A stretch of DNA of 64,000 nucleotides, taken from positions 1 to 64,000 of the forward strand of contig CAWHWX010000014.1 in assembly GCA_963833125.1 (NCBI GenBank), in the 5' to 3' direction. Under the pieces are notes generated by a model. That model worked only from the letters and a program-made list of their open reading frames with translations, was not told the origin of the DNA and made no database searches. The stretch comes from Candidatus Bathyarchaeota archaeon. GTDB lineage: Archaea; Thermoproteota; Bathyarchaeia; 40CM-2-53-6. Every line of letters starts with the position of its first letter. Positions within the stretch are counted from its first letter, which is position 1. Positions 1-11,328 of the stretch are shown piece after piece. The position numbers were made by a program, and so were the translations under genes.

Positions 1-439
1 CATGAGGTTGATGCATTGATTGAGGTAGCCCGTCCTGCATGGATCACATTCACCACACCACCACATCTCCTCACATACGACCATGTCGCCAGGTTTCAAG
101 TTAGAAACTTCATTCCCTACTCGCTCTACTTGTCCTGAAAGTTCATGGCCAAGAACCACCGGCGTCTTCACGAGTCCTGGGTACAGGATGTAACCGTCTT
201 TATCGCTCTCGTAAAGGTGCATGTCAGATCCGCATATCCCACAAGCCTTCAATCGAACCAAGACATCTTTCGGTCCAACCTGAGGAATTGGAATCTCTTC
301 AATTACCACCTTCGGGTTATGCCAGACTCTGCTTGCATAAGTAGCCCGTTTAGTTCTTACTTCTTCCTCAGTGGGGTTGTAGTCTGGTCTTGCCTTCCAG
401 TCAGCATGTAACACTGCCGCAGACTTGTTTCTGCGCCAT
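1..439 (-). CDS. iolM: Zn-dependent dehydrogenase, scyllo-inosose 3-dehydrogenase (IolM)-like; 3' part runs off the window
   Basis: Manual minus-strand translation from 420: AAVLHADWKARPDY...RVWHNPKV...KACGICGSDMHLYESDKDGYILYPGLVKTPVVLGHELSG...EEMWWCGECDPC, resembling Thermotoga IolM (GYILYPGL, EEMxWCG). The ATG at 439 is out of frame by one base. Confidence 0.75.
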
Positions 440-496
440 AGTAATCCTCGCTCGAATCAACTCATCCAGTAAAAAAAGACTTGCCAGTCGCCTCAC

Positions 497-1732
497 TCAG
501 AGTTGCGCACGGGCCGACAGATATCTCTCTACCTTTTTTCTCTTCAAATGCGCATATTCGGGGAGCGGTCCCCCGATTAGAGGCCTCGCGTACTCTAGGA
601 ATTGCTTACTGACGAAATTTGATTCATTATTGATGAATTCGTTGGGCACATTCCTAGTCCTGAGTGCGACCTTTTCCAGTTCGACGAGGCCAGATTCGCA
701 TTCGTAAGGTGCATTGTTTTTTCTTGTCAAGGTCACCATCTTATCAGACTCACCGCCTACGGCTTGTGAAATTGCTTCCTGCCCTACGAGATAGGCCTCA
801 TCCAAATCTACTTTGGATGCGCACGCCATTGACACTCTCTGGATTGTCCCAGGCTTATCGCAACGCACTTTGAGTTTGAAGTTCTCAGAAACTAGGTTTG
901 CCAGATAGTCTCCCACGCCGCCCAATTGTGCGTGTCCGAACTTGTCTGTATCAGATCTTTTTGAGGAAGCCTTCACGAATTCACCTTTCTCATCTCGCAG
1001 ACCCTCGCACACGCATATCACAACTCGTCCCAGTCTATCGTAGATCGATTTGACATCTGCAAGAAATCTTGTAGATACAAATGGACGTTCGGGTAGGTAG
1101 ATTAGATGAGGCGCGCTGTCCTCACTCTCTTTTCCCAATGCCGTACTTGCCGTTATCCAGCCGGCGTCTCTACCCATCGTCTCGATTATTTTTACGGTGT
1201 CGGATGTGTAGATCGCTTCGCTGTCCAAACCGGAATCTCGAGTGGCAATTGCGTTGAATCGAGCGACGCTTCCGTAACCTGGACAGTGGTCAGTATCCAT
1301 AAGGTCGTTGTCGATAGTCTTCGGGACTCCGATTACGTTTAGGTGGTAATTTCTTTCGGAAGCAAGTTTGGCTACCTTGTGCGCAGTGTCCATGGAATCG
1401 TTTCCTCCCGCGTAGAGGAAGTAGGAAATGTCGTGGGCGCCAAAAACCTCCATCAGTCTCGGGTAGTCGTCTTCTCGCAACTTATACCGGCAAGACCCTA
1501 AGGCAGCTGAGGGAGTTTTCCTGAGCATCGAAATCGTCGACGCGTCTTCTTGCCGTAAGTCGACAAGGTCCTCGTTAAGGACTCCTAGAATTCCGTTGAC
1601 TGCCCCATAAATGGAACCGACTTTGCCTTGTCGCTTTGCTTCCTCGATGATCCCGCAAACACTGCTGTTTATGACAGCTGTCGGACCACCGGACTGGGCT
1701 ACCAGTAGGTTCTCGGTCAAGTTATCACGCAA
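497..1732 (-). CDS. pfp: Phosphofructokinase family, probably PPi-dependent
   Basis: AQSGGPTAVIN, GGNDSMDT (Asp typical of PPi-dependent enzymes), PKTIDNDL, ETMGRDAGW. Confidence 0.85.
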   Translation of the reverse strand: MRDNLTENLLVAQSGGPTAVINSSVCGIIEEAKRQGKVGSIYGAVNGILGVLNEDLVDLRQEDASTISMLRKTPSAALGSCRYKLREDDYPRLMEVFGAHDISYFLYAGGNDSMDTAHKVAKLASERNYHLNVIGVPKTIDNDLMDTDHCPGYGSVARFNAIATRDSGLDSEAIYTSDTVKIIETMGRDAGWITASTALGKESEDSAPHLIYLPERPFVSTRFLADVKSIYDRLGRVVICVCEGLRDEKGEFVKASSKRSDTDKFGHAQLGGVGDYLANLVSENFKLKVRCDKPGTIQRVSMACASKVDLDEAYLVGQEAISQAVGGESDKMVTLTRKNNAPYECESGLVELEKVALRTRNVPNEFINNESNFVSKQFLEYARPLIGGPLPEYAHLKRKKVERYLSARAQL

Positions 1733-2832
1733 TTACTGAGGTGAGTTTCTCCATGTTCCGGCCGTCGAACAGATTTGATATGGTTCAAGGCTTGTTCAAC
1801 TGTGAAGTTTTGGTGCACTATTTTGCTCACGGCGTCAGCGACCGCGGACGGGTCTTCCTGCCCAGGATATAGTATGTTTCGTCCCACGAGCGCGCCTCTA
1901 ACGGTTTGTCCCGCAGCCATTCCGTCAGAGAATTCCTTGAAAACTCCCGACAGATTTCCCAACGATTCTCCTCCTAGCATCAGGATTGGGCAACTGGTTG
2001 ACTTTGCTACGCGATCAAACCCGTTACAATAGGGAACTTTCAACCAAATCCCACGTGAGGAATCCCCAAGCGCGGTCGCCACTCCTATCGTCTTGATTAG
2101 CTCATCTGCACTCTTGAGTCCCTTGTAGCCTTCAGAGGTTCTTTCTACGCTGAAAGCCTCAAGAAAGACCGCAATCGAATGACTGTTTAGTTGATTGATC
2201 GCTTCGGAGCAAGCTACTATGGTATCCAGGGATCTCGTATCTTTCAAATCCAATCTAAACATCATCTTTGCGCCGTCCAGGCGAAGTTTGTCGATAGCGT
2301 CGGCTGTGAAGGATGTGAACCGATCGTCCATTTCGAATTCTGCGCCACTTAAGCCTCCTCGGTTCATGCACCCTACCAGAACCTTACGATCAAGAAAGCT
2401 CTCACCCCCATTTTCAACCATTAGATGGTCAACGATTAGGAGGTCTTCGATTACGTCCGTGGTCCCCATGACGCCGTCGAATTCTGGGCTCGTTACCACT
2501 CTAAGAACCCGGGCAAGGTAGCTGTGCCTATTTCCCATCATTGTCGGGTCGTCCCCTGATTTAGTTACTCTTCGCGCAGGGTGATCGGCAGCAAGGATGG
2601 CTAGCTTTCCATCGACGGTAAGCCTGTCTCTCTTCTGCCTTCGTCCTGCCGATTTTTCGATCGCTTGAGGGTCGCTCACCCTCACATCCGTTATCATGTT
2701 GAAAATTGAAGCTGGAAAGAATGTTTCATACTGAAACGTGGAGTTCGCAGTTAGAGTAGTCAAACGTTTTGTCCTCAGTTTTCGACGAATAGACGTTCTA
2801 CTTACCAGAGTATTTGAGAATTCACCTTTCAC
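1717..2832 (-). CDS. Class I aldolase-like TIM-barrel protein (Cgl0159-like, associated with inositol clusters)
   Basis: LAADHPAR, MNRGGLSG..FEMDDRFT, WLKVPY, LGG, GALVGRNILYP. Confidence 0.7.
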   Translation of the reverse strand: MKGEFSNTLVSRTSIRRKLRTKRLTTLTANSTFQYETFFPASIFNMITDVRVSDPQAIEKSAGRRQKRDRLTVDGKLAILAADHPARRVTKSGDDPTMMGNRHSYLARVLRVVTSPEFDGVMGTTDVIEDLLIVDHLMVENGGESFLDRKVLVGCMNRGGLSGAEFEMDDRFTSFTADAIDKLRLDGAKMMFRLDLKDTRSLDTIVACSEAINQLNSHSIAVFLEAFSVERTSEGYKGLKSADELIKTIGVATALGDSSRGIWLKVPYCNGFDRVAKSTSCPILMLGGESLGNLSGVFKEFSDGMAAGQTVRGALVGRNILYPGQEDPSAVADAVSKIVHQNFTVEQALNHIKSVRRPEHGETHLSNCVIT

Positions 2833-2986
2833 GAACGGGGACTACCTGAGTCGCCCTCACGAGTCGCATGGATATCCAAACAATGAGACAGTGAGACTAT
2901 CATGAGAGGGTAAGAGTGGTCAAAGGAACCCTGAAGTATTGAAGTACAGTCGCTAAGCTACATTATTTCAGAATCGTCTTGGCTTC

Positions 2987-4393
2987 CTAACGGTAGCCTG
3001 AGATTTCCTCCAGTTTAGCCTCTTGTTTTTGTTTACCGAACGCCGGGACGTAACCGCCCCACCATTCCTCCCAAGGTGGGACTTTCACTTGTTCCAGTTC
3101 ACCCGCATTTCCCATTACTTTCTCGAAAGCCTGAGCGTACTGCTCCATCAAGTCCAGGCCGTTGGGTGGGTGAAGTGAAAGATTGAAAGTTTCGTTAGAG
3201 ATCCGCTCTGCAACTGGACAGAGCCCCTCTGGATAGGTGACGTCTCTTGTTACGTAGGGGCTCTTCCAAGGAAATCCCTTGCCCCAACCTTCCCTCGATT
3301 GGAAGACGGGCTGCATGTAAATTGGCCTAGCACACCAGATCGCGGCCCTGACACCTTCGGCTTGTAAAGCCACGACAACTCGGTCCCTGAAATCCTTGGG
3401 AGAAAGCTTCGAGCTTACCTTTGTTGGATCGACCCGGATCTTGTAGTAATGGTAAACACTCTTCGCATAGTTTGGGATAAAGGGCGGGATCAGTCCAGAT
3501 AATTTGCCAATTCGTCTCGTGAGAAACTCCGACATCGCGATTCTTGCTGCATTTGTCTCATCGAGTCTGCTCAGTTGTACCCTCCCCAGAGCTGCAGTGA
3601 TTTCGTTTGACTTGTAGTTCCACCCCATCCCCCCCGCCATGTAAGGTCGCGGAACGCCGGGACGTAGTGACTCTCCGAAAATGCGAACCTTCTCCGATGT
3701 CCCTGCAAACTCATCACTATTTGTGACGAACATGCCGCCTTCTCCGGTCTGCATATTTTTGGTGCCGTTGAAGCTGAAGGTGCCCATGTCGCCGACGCTT
3801 CCAACTTTCTTTCCTTTGTATTCTGCTCCGTGAGCCTGGCACGAGTCCTCAACCACAACGAGGTCATGTGCATCGGCCACTTTCTGCACTGCGTCCATGT
3901 CCGCCGGTAAGCCATAGATGTGGACTGGTTCGATGACTTTGGTTGCCTTGCTGATTTTTTGCTCGATTTTGGATGGGTCCATGGTATAGGTTCTGGGATC
4001 AATATCTACGAAAACGGGTATCGCGCCCTGTTGTAGAATGCATGAAGCTGAACCGACGAACGTGTGGGGACTGGTGATCACTTCATCGCCGGGCTGAACA
4101 CCGGCTGCAGCCATGGCGCAGTGGAGTGCGGCCGTGCCTGAACTCATGAAAATCGCGTACTTTGTCCCTTCATACTGTGCGAACTCGCGTTCGAAGGCTG
4201 AGGTCTCAGGTGCGAATGTTCCCCAAACGATACCGCTCCGAATTACATTTGCAACAGCCTCCGCCTCTCTCTGGCCGAAACGTTTCAGGAATTCAACAGG
4301 CCATTCATACGTTGGAAGTTGAACAGTTTTCTTACCACCTAACGCTGCAAGCTCAGCCAAAATAACACACAGCTGAAATTGATGAAGCCGCAA
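2987..4393 (-). CDS. DegT/DnrJ/EryC1/StrS PLP-dependent aminotransferase
   Basis: SSGTAALH, EDSCQAHGA, FSFNGTKNMQTGEGGM. The true start may lie slightly downstream. Confidence 0.9.
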   Translation of the reverse strand: MRLHQFQLCVILAELAALGGKKTVQLPTYEWPVEFLKRFGQREAEAVANVIRSGIVWGTFAPETSAFEREFAQYEGTKYAIFMSSGTAALHCAMAAAGVQPGDEVITSPHTFVGSASCILQQGAIPVFVDIDPRTYTMDPSKIEQKISKATKVIEPVHIYGLPADMDAVQKVADAHDLVVVEDSCQAHGAEYKGKKVGSVGDMGTFSFNGTKNMQTGEGGMFVTNSDEFAGTSEKVRIFGESLRPGVPRPYMAGGMGWNYKSNEITAALGRVQLSRLDETNAARIAMSEFLTRRIGKLSGLIPPFIPNYAKSVYHYYKIRVDPTKVSSKLSPKDFRDRVVVALQAEGVRAAIWCARPIYMQPVFQSREGWGKGFPWKSPYVTRDVTYPEGLCPVAERISNETFNLSLHPPNGLDLMEQYAQAFEKVMGNAGELEQVKVPPWEEWWGGYVPAFGKQKQEAKLEEISGYR

Positions 4394-4456
4394 AACAGCA
4401 GGCTTGATTAATCAACATTACGAACAACTTACCTCAGAAGTCAGTCGCGTGAAACA

Positions 4457-5286
4457 ATGCACTTCGCGTTCGTGGTCTCCGGAGGATTGGGATACCATAT
4501 CCCGAATCTTTTCGAGAACGAATCATCTTTCACCGAATTCGAAAAGGCTCTAAAACTTCTGCGGGAACAGGGCTACAGCGGCGTAGAGCTCAATCTAAGC
4601 CTCGACAACCGACAGGTCCTCTCAAGAATACGAAACGCGGTACATGAAGAGGGATTCGGCTGGCCGCGGTTGGGACAGGTTTGATCTATCTGGAAAAGGG
4701 ACTTTCCTTCACAAACCCAGACTCAACAAAACGCGAAAAGGCCTTGAAAATCGTTAGGGAACTTTTACGATTTGCATCTAGCGAAGGTGCAATCCTGGTC
4801 ATCGGGATGGTGAGGGGAGCACCATCGCAAGATGTTGCTGCATTGAAGTTGTTACGTCAAAATCTGGTGGAATGTGATAGAATCGCGTCGGAATGTGGAG
4901 TCAGGATTGCTTTAGAGGCCATAAACCGATACGAAACGCCTCTACTCAACACGGCAGCTGACGTCGTTGAAATCATCCAGGGTTCGCACTTGACCGCGAC
5001 GGGGATTCTCCTCGACAGTTTCCACATGAACATCGAGGAACGATCCTTGGAGGAAACCATACGTGCCTGCCAGAAGATGATAACCCACTTTCACATAGCT
5101 GATAGCGACCGGTGGCCTCCGGGGCATGGACACCTAAAAGTCGAGGACCAGCTAGCGCTCTTACACGAATTAGGCTACGATGGCTGGATCTCTGCCGAAA
5201 CGCTGCCACGACCCAATAACGAGGAAGCCGTAAAGCAAACGGCAAGTTTTCTAAAACAGCACAATTTCCTTCCGCACCATTCGTAG
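4457..5286 (+). CDS. Sugar phosphate isomerase/epimerase (IolO / 5-keto-L-gluconate epimerase-like); one frameshift near 4652
   Basis: ORFs 4457-4684 and 4681-5286 join (..RLAAVGTGLIY..) if one base is restored near a G run. LEAINRYE, LDSFHMNIEE, HIADSDRWPPGHGH. Confidence 0.8.
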
Positions 5287-5288
5287 TG

Positions 5289-6753
5289 TCATTTTGTTCG
5301 GACTAAGAGGTAGAGATCTCCAACATTGGTTCCGGTCGGCCCGGTGACAATGTTATCGCCTAGCTTTCTGAAGAAGTCATAGGAATCGTTCCTTTCTGCA
5401 AAATCACGAACACGGAGTCGCAATCGTTTCGCGCGCATTATGCTAAAGGAGTCTACGATGGCTCCCGCTGCTGGGCTGTTTCCGTCTATTCCATCCGTTC
5501 CGAGAGCTGCTATCGCGACTCCATTCAGACCTTCGATTCGTTCCACAGCTGAGAGAGCCGTTTCTTGGTTTCTACCTCCTTTCCCGATTCCTCTAACCTC
5601 CACGGTTGTTTCACCTCCGAGTATCAACGCACTGGGAGGCTTGAGGGGTTGGCCGAATTGTTCACTGTCTCTTGCAACAGATGCGAGCAATTTTCCTAGG
5701 CTTCTCGCCTCCATGTCCACGGAAGATGTCACGATTGTAGCTGGAACGTGACTTTTCTGGAGAGCATTTCTCGCCGCTTCGCATGCAATCCGGTTATCTG
5801 CGACTACGAAGTTGTGCACTTTCCTGAAAATGCGATTACCAGGCTTCGGAGTCTCAGGGATTCTTCCAGCTAATCCTTGCTGTAGGTGGTTTCTAACCCT
5901 TTGTGGGGCTGAGCTCCACAAGTTGAACTCCTTCAACACGTTAATCGCGTCTCGGAACGTTGTAGGATCGGCTGCCGTCATCCCCAGATGCGATGTCTGA
6001 GGGGATATTGCCTGAGACATCGGAGATGATTAGTGAAATTATTCTTCCTGCTTTGCAATGCCCTACGAGTCCTCCCCCTTTGAGTTCTGACAAATGCCTG
6101 CGAACTGTGTTTATTTGATGAATGGAAGCTCGGCTGTGAATCAATTGTTGTGTAACTGTTTGCTTGTCCTCCAGCGTAATGTCCGCTACTGGTGCTGGCA
6201 ACATAGCCGAAGCGCCGCCAGAGATCAAACAGAGCAATAACTCATTTTCCCGCATCTCCTTGATCGAGGCCAGCACGCGCCTTGAGGCCCTAATTCCGTA
6301 TTCGTCGGGAATAGGATGACTCGAGCGAAAGATTACGATTCGTTTATCGGTGCTCATCAGGCTTGATTTTCTAGGGGCCACTAGTATTCCAGAAACGACG
6401 TGTTTTCCCAGAATCTTCAATGTCGCTGCGAGCATTGGTGAGCTTGCTTTCCCAACTGCGATAATTCTAATCTTAGAAGGAAGCGAAACAGGGGCATCGC
6501 CGATCTCAAGCCGCCCGCGTTCTATTCGAAGCCACTTTTGGATGGCAGTTGCCGGGTCGATTGCCTTCAGTGCCGCTTCAAGCGCGTCGAGGCACATTCG
6601 TCTCGCTCTTTGGTTTACTGCCGATCCGCCGTTACGAATCAGCACTCTCCTGCGAATTATTCGGGGCACGCGCAATGTGGCTTCGACCTGATGAGTCGCA
6701 AACAATCGATTGGTTATACTAGGCACCTCTCGGATGTATGTAATTCGTTTCAA
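5289..6753 (-). CDS. Glycerate 2-kinase (MOFRL family); frameshift near 5982
   Basis: IAVGKAS, HPIPD, LISGGASA, DIASG, GGETTV, GGRNQE, GTDGIDG, TGPTGTNVGD spread over two ORFs. Confidence 0.88.
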
Positions 6754-6891
6754 ACTAGAAAATCACAATGTCGATGAGAATTTTCGTGGGTTTTTCATCT
6801 CCAAATCAACATGCCGATAGACGTGTCCGTCTCCGACAATGGGTTTTATATATGGTCACGGGCCGGAGCGTAATCATTCTCTTTCGGTTAG

Positions 6892-9800
6892 GTGTGTGAC
6901 TCGAAATTGCATAGGAAGCTAATTGCATCATTAACGATCGTCATTTTCATCCTCAGCACTTTTGCGATTATTGTTCCAACTCAAGCTCACTTCACGTTAG
7001 GTAATCTCTCTGGGACGAACCCGTACGACCTTAACAATTTCGATGCCCACGTGGCTGGGCCCATTGGTTATGTTTGGCCTGGCAGTGGTCAATGTGCGTA
7101 CCAGGGTATTCCGAACCAAGCGAATAGTAATTGTTCGCCGGGTTATCAGTCGCCTTACCCGCAGGGTAATCCTCCGGGTGCACCGAGCAACAGTTGGTAT
7201 CAGCTTCAAGGGGACACATACGCCCCATTCGGAGCGGTACTAACGAACTCGACGGGTGACTTAATCTTCGCCTTGAACGCGACATGCACTCCTAGCTTTT
7301 GGAATAACGCCGCAGGTTGTGCGACGCAAGGCGGTACACGTCCGAGCGACGGAGTAACCAAGTCGGAAATCCAGACACCGCTCAGTGACAGAGGCTTTTG
7401 GGCCACATGGATGATTCTGATTCCCCCTGAATTCACCGTGCCCGGCGCGTCAACATTCGACAGCTCACAAATCGTCTCGACCCTAACGAACAGTTACGAC
7501 CACGTGTACGTCGCTAAGCTTAGCCCCTACGACAGGTATGCGCCGAACTGGACCTTAGTCGCGATAACAGTGGACCTTACAACTGACTTCAGTACTTCGA
7601 AGGGAACTTACTACAACCATCAGAACCTCGAATTCACAAGGGCGGGGGAATGGTATTACGCTAGAGTCAACGGCGTAACCGCACCATCCGTCGCGGGAAG
7701 ATACTTCTTCAAGATGGCTCTCTCCAGCATGCTCTTCATACGCTATCCCTTCGTCACCTTCGAAAATTACTTCGGCGTCGGCCCAACCCTATCCGGTCCT
7801 AGACCCAGTACCGCAGCTCGGAATGGGTTCGTTTGGGTTCCTCCACAAAACTGGCCAGTTGTCCTAGTGAAGGGTGAGACTGATCCAGCCATCATTACCG
7901 GAACTCTCCGGTATGCTGGCTACAATTCAACCCTATACCAGATGCCGATTGCTGAGGCTGGTAAGGTTTGGGCGCATATGACTATGCGCATTGACCCGTA
8001 CACGGGTCAGAACAGACCGGACCTATCCACGATCGACGGCCAAGCGTACGTGAACGCAACTGCGAACGGCCACTATGAACTAGAGGGCCTCGCACCAGGT
8101 GTTTACGATATTTACGCTGAAGCCGCTGGTTATCCGCAGTTGTTGTGTGAGAGCGGAGTTACCGTTCTCAAGGGTCAATCGTTACACTTCGACTGTTACC
8201 TTCAACCAGGGCCCGTGATTCACGGTAACGTGTTCACGAAGCACCAATTCGGTGACGAACCCTGGCCAAATGATGTTGACGGTGGTCAATACATCAAGAT
8301 TGAGTTGTACAGTAACGCAACACTCACCAACCAAGTTGACCCAAGCGCTGGCCCACCTGTTTCATGGTCTCCGCTACCTTGCACAGCGGGAGGGCAAGAA
8401 TCTTACCTTGGTTACGGTGCCGCCGGATTATGCGGTGACCCGCACGATGGAAGCGCGATTGCGTTTCCATGGCATGAGTACGCACCAAACAGCCTCGGCC
8501 CCGCATACAACGACGTCCCCAACCCCTTCACGGGGACGACGAATGGTTACACGCGTGATGTTGCAATAAGCGATGTGGTCAACAGTCCGCTGCTCACGTC
8601 CGATCCTGAAGGCGTCGGTCCACCGCAGAAATGGTTCGTTAGTGGAGGTACAACAACCCCGTTTCATTTTGAATTCGGTTTGAAGGGCGAGTACGGCGCT
8701 CCCAAGGACCTTAGCGGCGAAGTGCCGCAGGTTTACGCTACTTGGATCAACGGCCTAACACCAGGCAGGTACTATGTGCGTGCTTGGACCTTCCGTTACG
8801 TTCAGACAGCCTTGGACGGTTCTACGTTCCAAGAGTATTACTTCGATGTGACTCCGAACGAGTGGGCGGGAGACGTTACGTTACCGATAGATCTGCGTCT
8901 CTCAAGCTGGGTCAACAAGACTGTCTATTTCCACGACACATCAAACACAATCGTAACCAGCCCGATCCACACCGTCTCAGGATACCTTTGGGGTGACTTG
9001 GTTGGGGCTGATGGGCACGTGTACTCGTACAACGTAACAGGGCTAGGATACCGCAGCCGCTATTACTACACCTACGGATGCAATTCATACGAACAGTACG
9101 CCTACGCAACTGCCGCAGATAATTTCGCCACATTCATCAGCTACAATGGCTTCCTCGGATCTGGTGAGACTGGTGCTCCTAGCCAACTCTGTTCAAACGG
9201 TAGCGCCTTGGACAAGGCTGGGTTGAATAGGGATTCTATTGCTTCGGGTCGTGCGGCAATTCAGTTCTGGGGTATTAACGATACTTGGGGTGGTGAGAAC
9301 TACGGCATACCCTCGGGTACGTATACGCCAAGTGTCGCCGCGAACGGCTACTACAGCCCAACCCCACTGGAGCAGGTCTCAGTCACATTGAGCGGTAATC
9401 CCACCGCCATCAGCGACCACCTCTTCCTCGGGCCAGGCTTCAACGTCTCCGTGTACAGCATCGACTGGGAGAGACCGAGAGTTAGTAGGAATTGGGTTTG
9501 GTCCGGATGTCAAACCGGAGCAGACACCGCCGTCGTTCCTATCTTTAATAACTTTGGTTGCCTTGGGTCGGAGATTGACGTTGGATTCTACCCCGTAACC
9601 AACGGTACGGCTGGCGCCCTATCCGACTACTTTGGCTTCGAACCATCTGAACTACCCGTCAGCGTTGCAAACCCCGCCGGCACGGACTATGGGGGGCTCT
9701 TCCAGGGGCCCGGAGGAATCGACTGTCTTACAGGTGCGTCTCCTTCCTTCAATTGCGCTGAGATGGATGGGGGTGGGCGCAATGTCCTTCAAGGGTTCTC

Positions 9801-11328
9801 TAACTCGCATGATGTCTACTATGGCCAATCAGCAGAATACGCTTTCGTGGGCGGCTATACGCTCGGAACAGGCTACTTCGGCTTCCTTCTTGCACCAAAG
9901 CTCCTGACCGATAGTATGTTCACAACCCCGACCCTGACGTGGCCACTTCATTTCAATGAAGGGCAATACAACCTTGCAGCCTACACCTATGGCTACATCC
10001 AAGACAAGGATTTCTCGGCTTACGTTCAAAACGGGCAGGTTGCGGATATGAAGATCAACCTAGTTATCGGTGTGAACGTAACCCTTGACATTCTCTTCAA
10101 GAAAGAAAGCATCATAACACCAACCGCCGAGAACATGTCTGCAAGAGTCCGCCTATTCAACGACCAAGGTCAGCTTGTAGCTGAATGGATGTCGAGCGAA
10201 GGCACATACGTGGATAAGACGGGTCATGCGATCGCGGCAAACGGCGTGTTACCTGCAACTGGTGGAACGGACGCGGTTGGTGACGGTGTCAATCCGCTAT
10301 ATCCATTCGCTGACCAGGCTCTGCCATATTACGGCTTCTTCCAGACGCCAGCGTCCGGCCTGAACGGTTACAACTTCCTCCCCGGTGGAACAACACTACT
10401 GCATGTCCTGATGGCTGGTCTCCCGCAGCAGGCGCCGCTTGGCAACAGTGCGCTATTAGGTTCGTACTTTGCCGACCCGTTAATGAGTGGAGCACTGGAG
10501 CGCGTGAAACCCTCACCCCTGAAGTACTTACTTGGGGCTTGTGACTTCGACCTTAGCTGCTATCCGGCCCCCTACGGGCAGTACCCGTTCCCCTACACTG
10601 GAATCGCGGGAGCTCCGGACTACACGGGTGGATGGACAGCTGAAGCCGACTTCGTCCCATGGTACGCCAACAACACAAGCACAATGGAACTCGCAAGCGG
10701 CGGCGGACAGGCACCGACCAGTCCATACACAAACATCTTTGCGCAATACTATCCGCCAGTCAACGGTCTCCTGATGGGGGAGTCTTACCACATCATCCCA
10801 GGCACGACGGCAACCTCAGGCATCAGTCTAACTGAAGACATGGCTTTGAGCAGCAACTTCGTCGGCCACACAATGGTCGCGAACCACTTAGGCCCGTACT
10901 CACAGGAAGGTGTCTGGCAAATAGCCGGTGCACACAACACCGGTGAAGCAAGCGCCATATTCGAAGTAGACCTAAACGGATTTGTCAGCGGGAATGTTCT
11001 CGCTTTCACGTGGAGTAACGAGTTCCGTACTCTCAGCTGGGGCACAGTCAGCGTGACTGGCGCTAGCGGAGCAACATGGAACTTCTACACGTACGATGGC
11101 GTTTACCAAGCCTTCCTACCCACAGGCAACTACAAGTTCACCCTAAGCCAACCAGGCTATGCGCCTCAAACCTGGTCCGTCTCGGTCTCACCAGGCCAGA
11201 GCGGTTCAGGGCAGAACGTGTACTTGGAACAAAGCAACATTCCAGTCCCCGAGTTCAGCACAGTAGCCCTAGTCGCCTTCTCGGCATTAGGAGCATCACT
11301 TTACCTGCTCAGACGAAGACGGAAGTAA
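6892..11328 (+). CDS. Large secreted cell-surface protein with carboxypeptidase-regulatory-like beta-sandwich segments and a PEF-CTERM-like sorting tail
   Basis: N-terminal signal peptide (..VPTQA), Gly/Thr/Tyr/Asn-rich body, GLAPGVYDIYAEAAGY and LPTGNYKFTLSQPGY segments, C-terminus IPVPEFS + hydrophobic helix + RRRRK. Confidence 0.8.
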   Translation: MCDSKLHRKLIASLTIVIFILSTFAIIVPTQAHFTLGNLSGTNPYDLNNFDAHVAGPIGYVWPGSGQCAYQGIPNQANSNCSPGYQSPYPQGNPPGAPSNSWYQLQGDTYAPFGAVLTNSTGDLIFALNATCTPSFWNNAAGCATQGGTRPSDGVTKSEIQTPLSDRGFWATWMILIPPEFTVPGASTFDSSQIVSTLTNSYDHVYVAKLSPYDRYAPNWTLVAITVDLTTDFSTSKGTYYNHQNLEFTRAGEWYYARVNGVTAPSVAGRYFFKMALSSMLFIRYPFVTFENYFGVGPTLSGPRPSTAARNGFVWVPPQNWPVVLVKGETDPAIITGTLRYAGYNSTLYQMPIAEAGKVWAHMTMRIDPYTGQNRPDLSTIDGQAYVNATANGHYELEGLAPGVYDIYAEAAGYPQLLCESGVTVLKGQSLHFDCYLQPGPVIHGNVFTKHQFGDEPWPNDVDGGQYIKIELYSNATLTNQVDPSAGPPVSWSPLPCTAGGQESYLGYGAAGLCGDPHDGSAIAFPWHEYAPNSLGPAYNDVPNPFTGTTNGYTRDVAISDVVNSPLLTSDPEGVGPPQKWFVSGGTTTPFHFEFGLKGEYGAPKDLSGEVPQVYATWINGLTPGRYYVRAWTFRYVQTALDGSTFQEYYFDVTPNEWAGDVTLPIDLRLSSWVNKTVYFHDTSNTIVTSPIHTVSGYLWGDLVGADGHVYSYNVTGLGYRSRYYYTYGCNSYEQYAYATAADNFATFISYNGFLGSGETGAPSQLCSNGSALDKAGLNRDSIASGRAAIQFWGINDTWGGENYGIPSGTYTPSVAANGYYSPTPLEQVSVTLSGNPTAISDHLFLGPGFNVSVYSIDWERPRVSRNWVWSGCQTGADTAVVPIFNNFGCLGSEIDVGFYPVTNGTAGALSDYFGFEPSELPVSVANPAGTDYGGLFQGPGGIDCLTGASPSFNCAEMDGGGRNVLQGFSNSHDVYYGQSAEYAFVGGYTLGTGYFGFLLAPKLLTDSMFTTPTLTWPLHFNEGQYNLAAYTYGYIQDKDFSAYVQNGQVADMKINLVIGVNVTLDILFKKESIITPTAENMSARVRLFNDQGQLVAEWMSSEGTYVDKTGHAIAANGVLPATGGTDAVGDGVNPLYPFADQALPYYGFFQTPASGLNGYNFLPGGTTLLHVLMAGLPQQAPLGNSALLGSYFADPLMSGALERVKPSPLKYLLGACDFDLSCYPAPYGQYPFPYTGIAGAPDYTGGWTAEADFVPWYANNTSTMELASGGGQAPTSPYTNIFAQYYPPVNGLLMGESYHIIPGTTATSGISLTEDMALSSNFVGHTMVANHLGPYSQEGVWQIAGAHNTGEASAIFEVDLNGFVSGNVLAFTWSNEFRTLSWGTVSVTGASGATWNFYTYDGVYQAFLPTGNYKFTLSQPGYAPQTWSVSVSPGQSGSGQNVYLEQSNIPVPEFSTVALVAFSALGASLYLLRRRRK

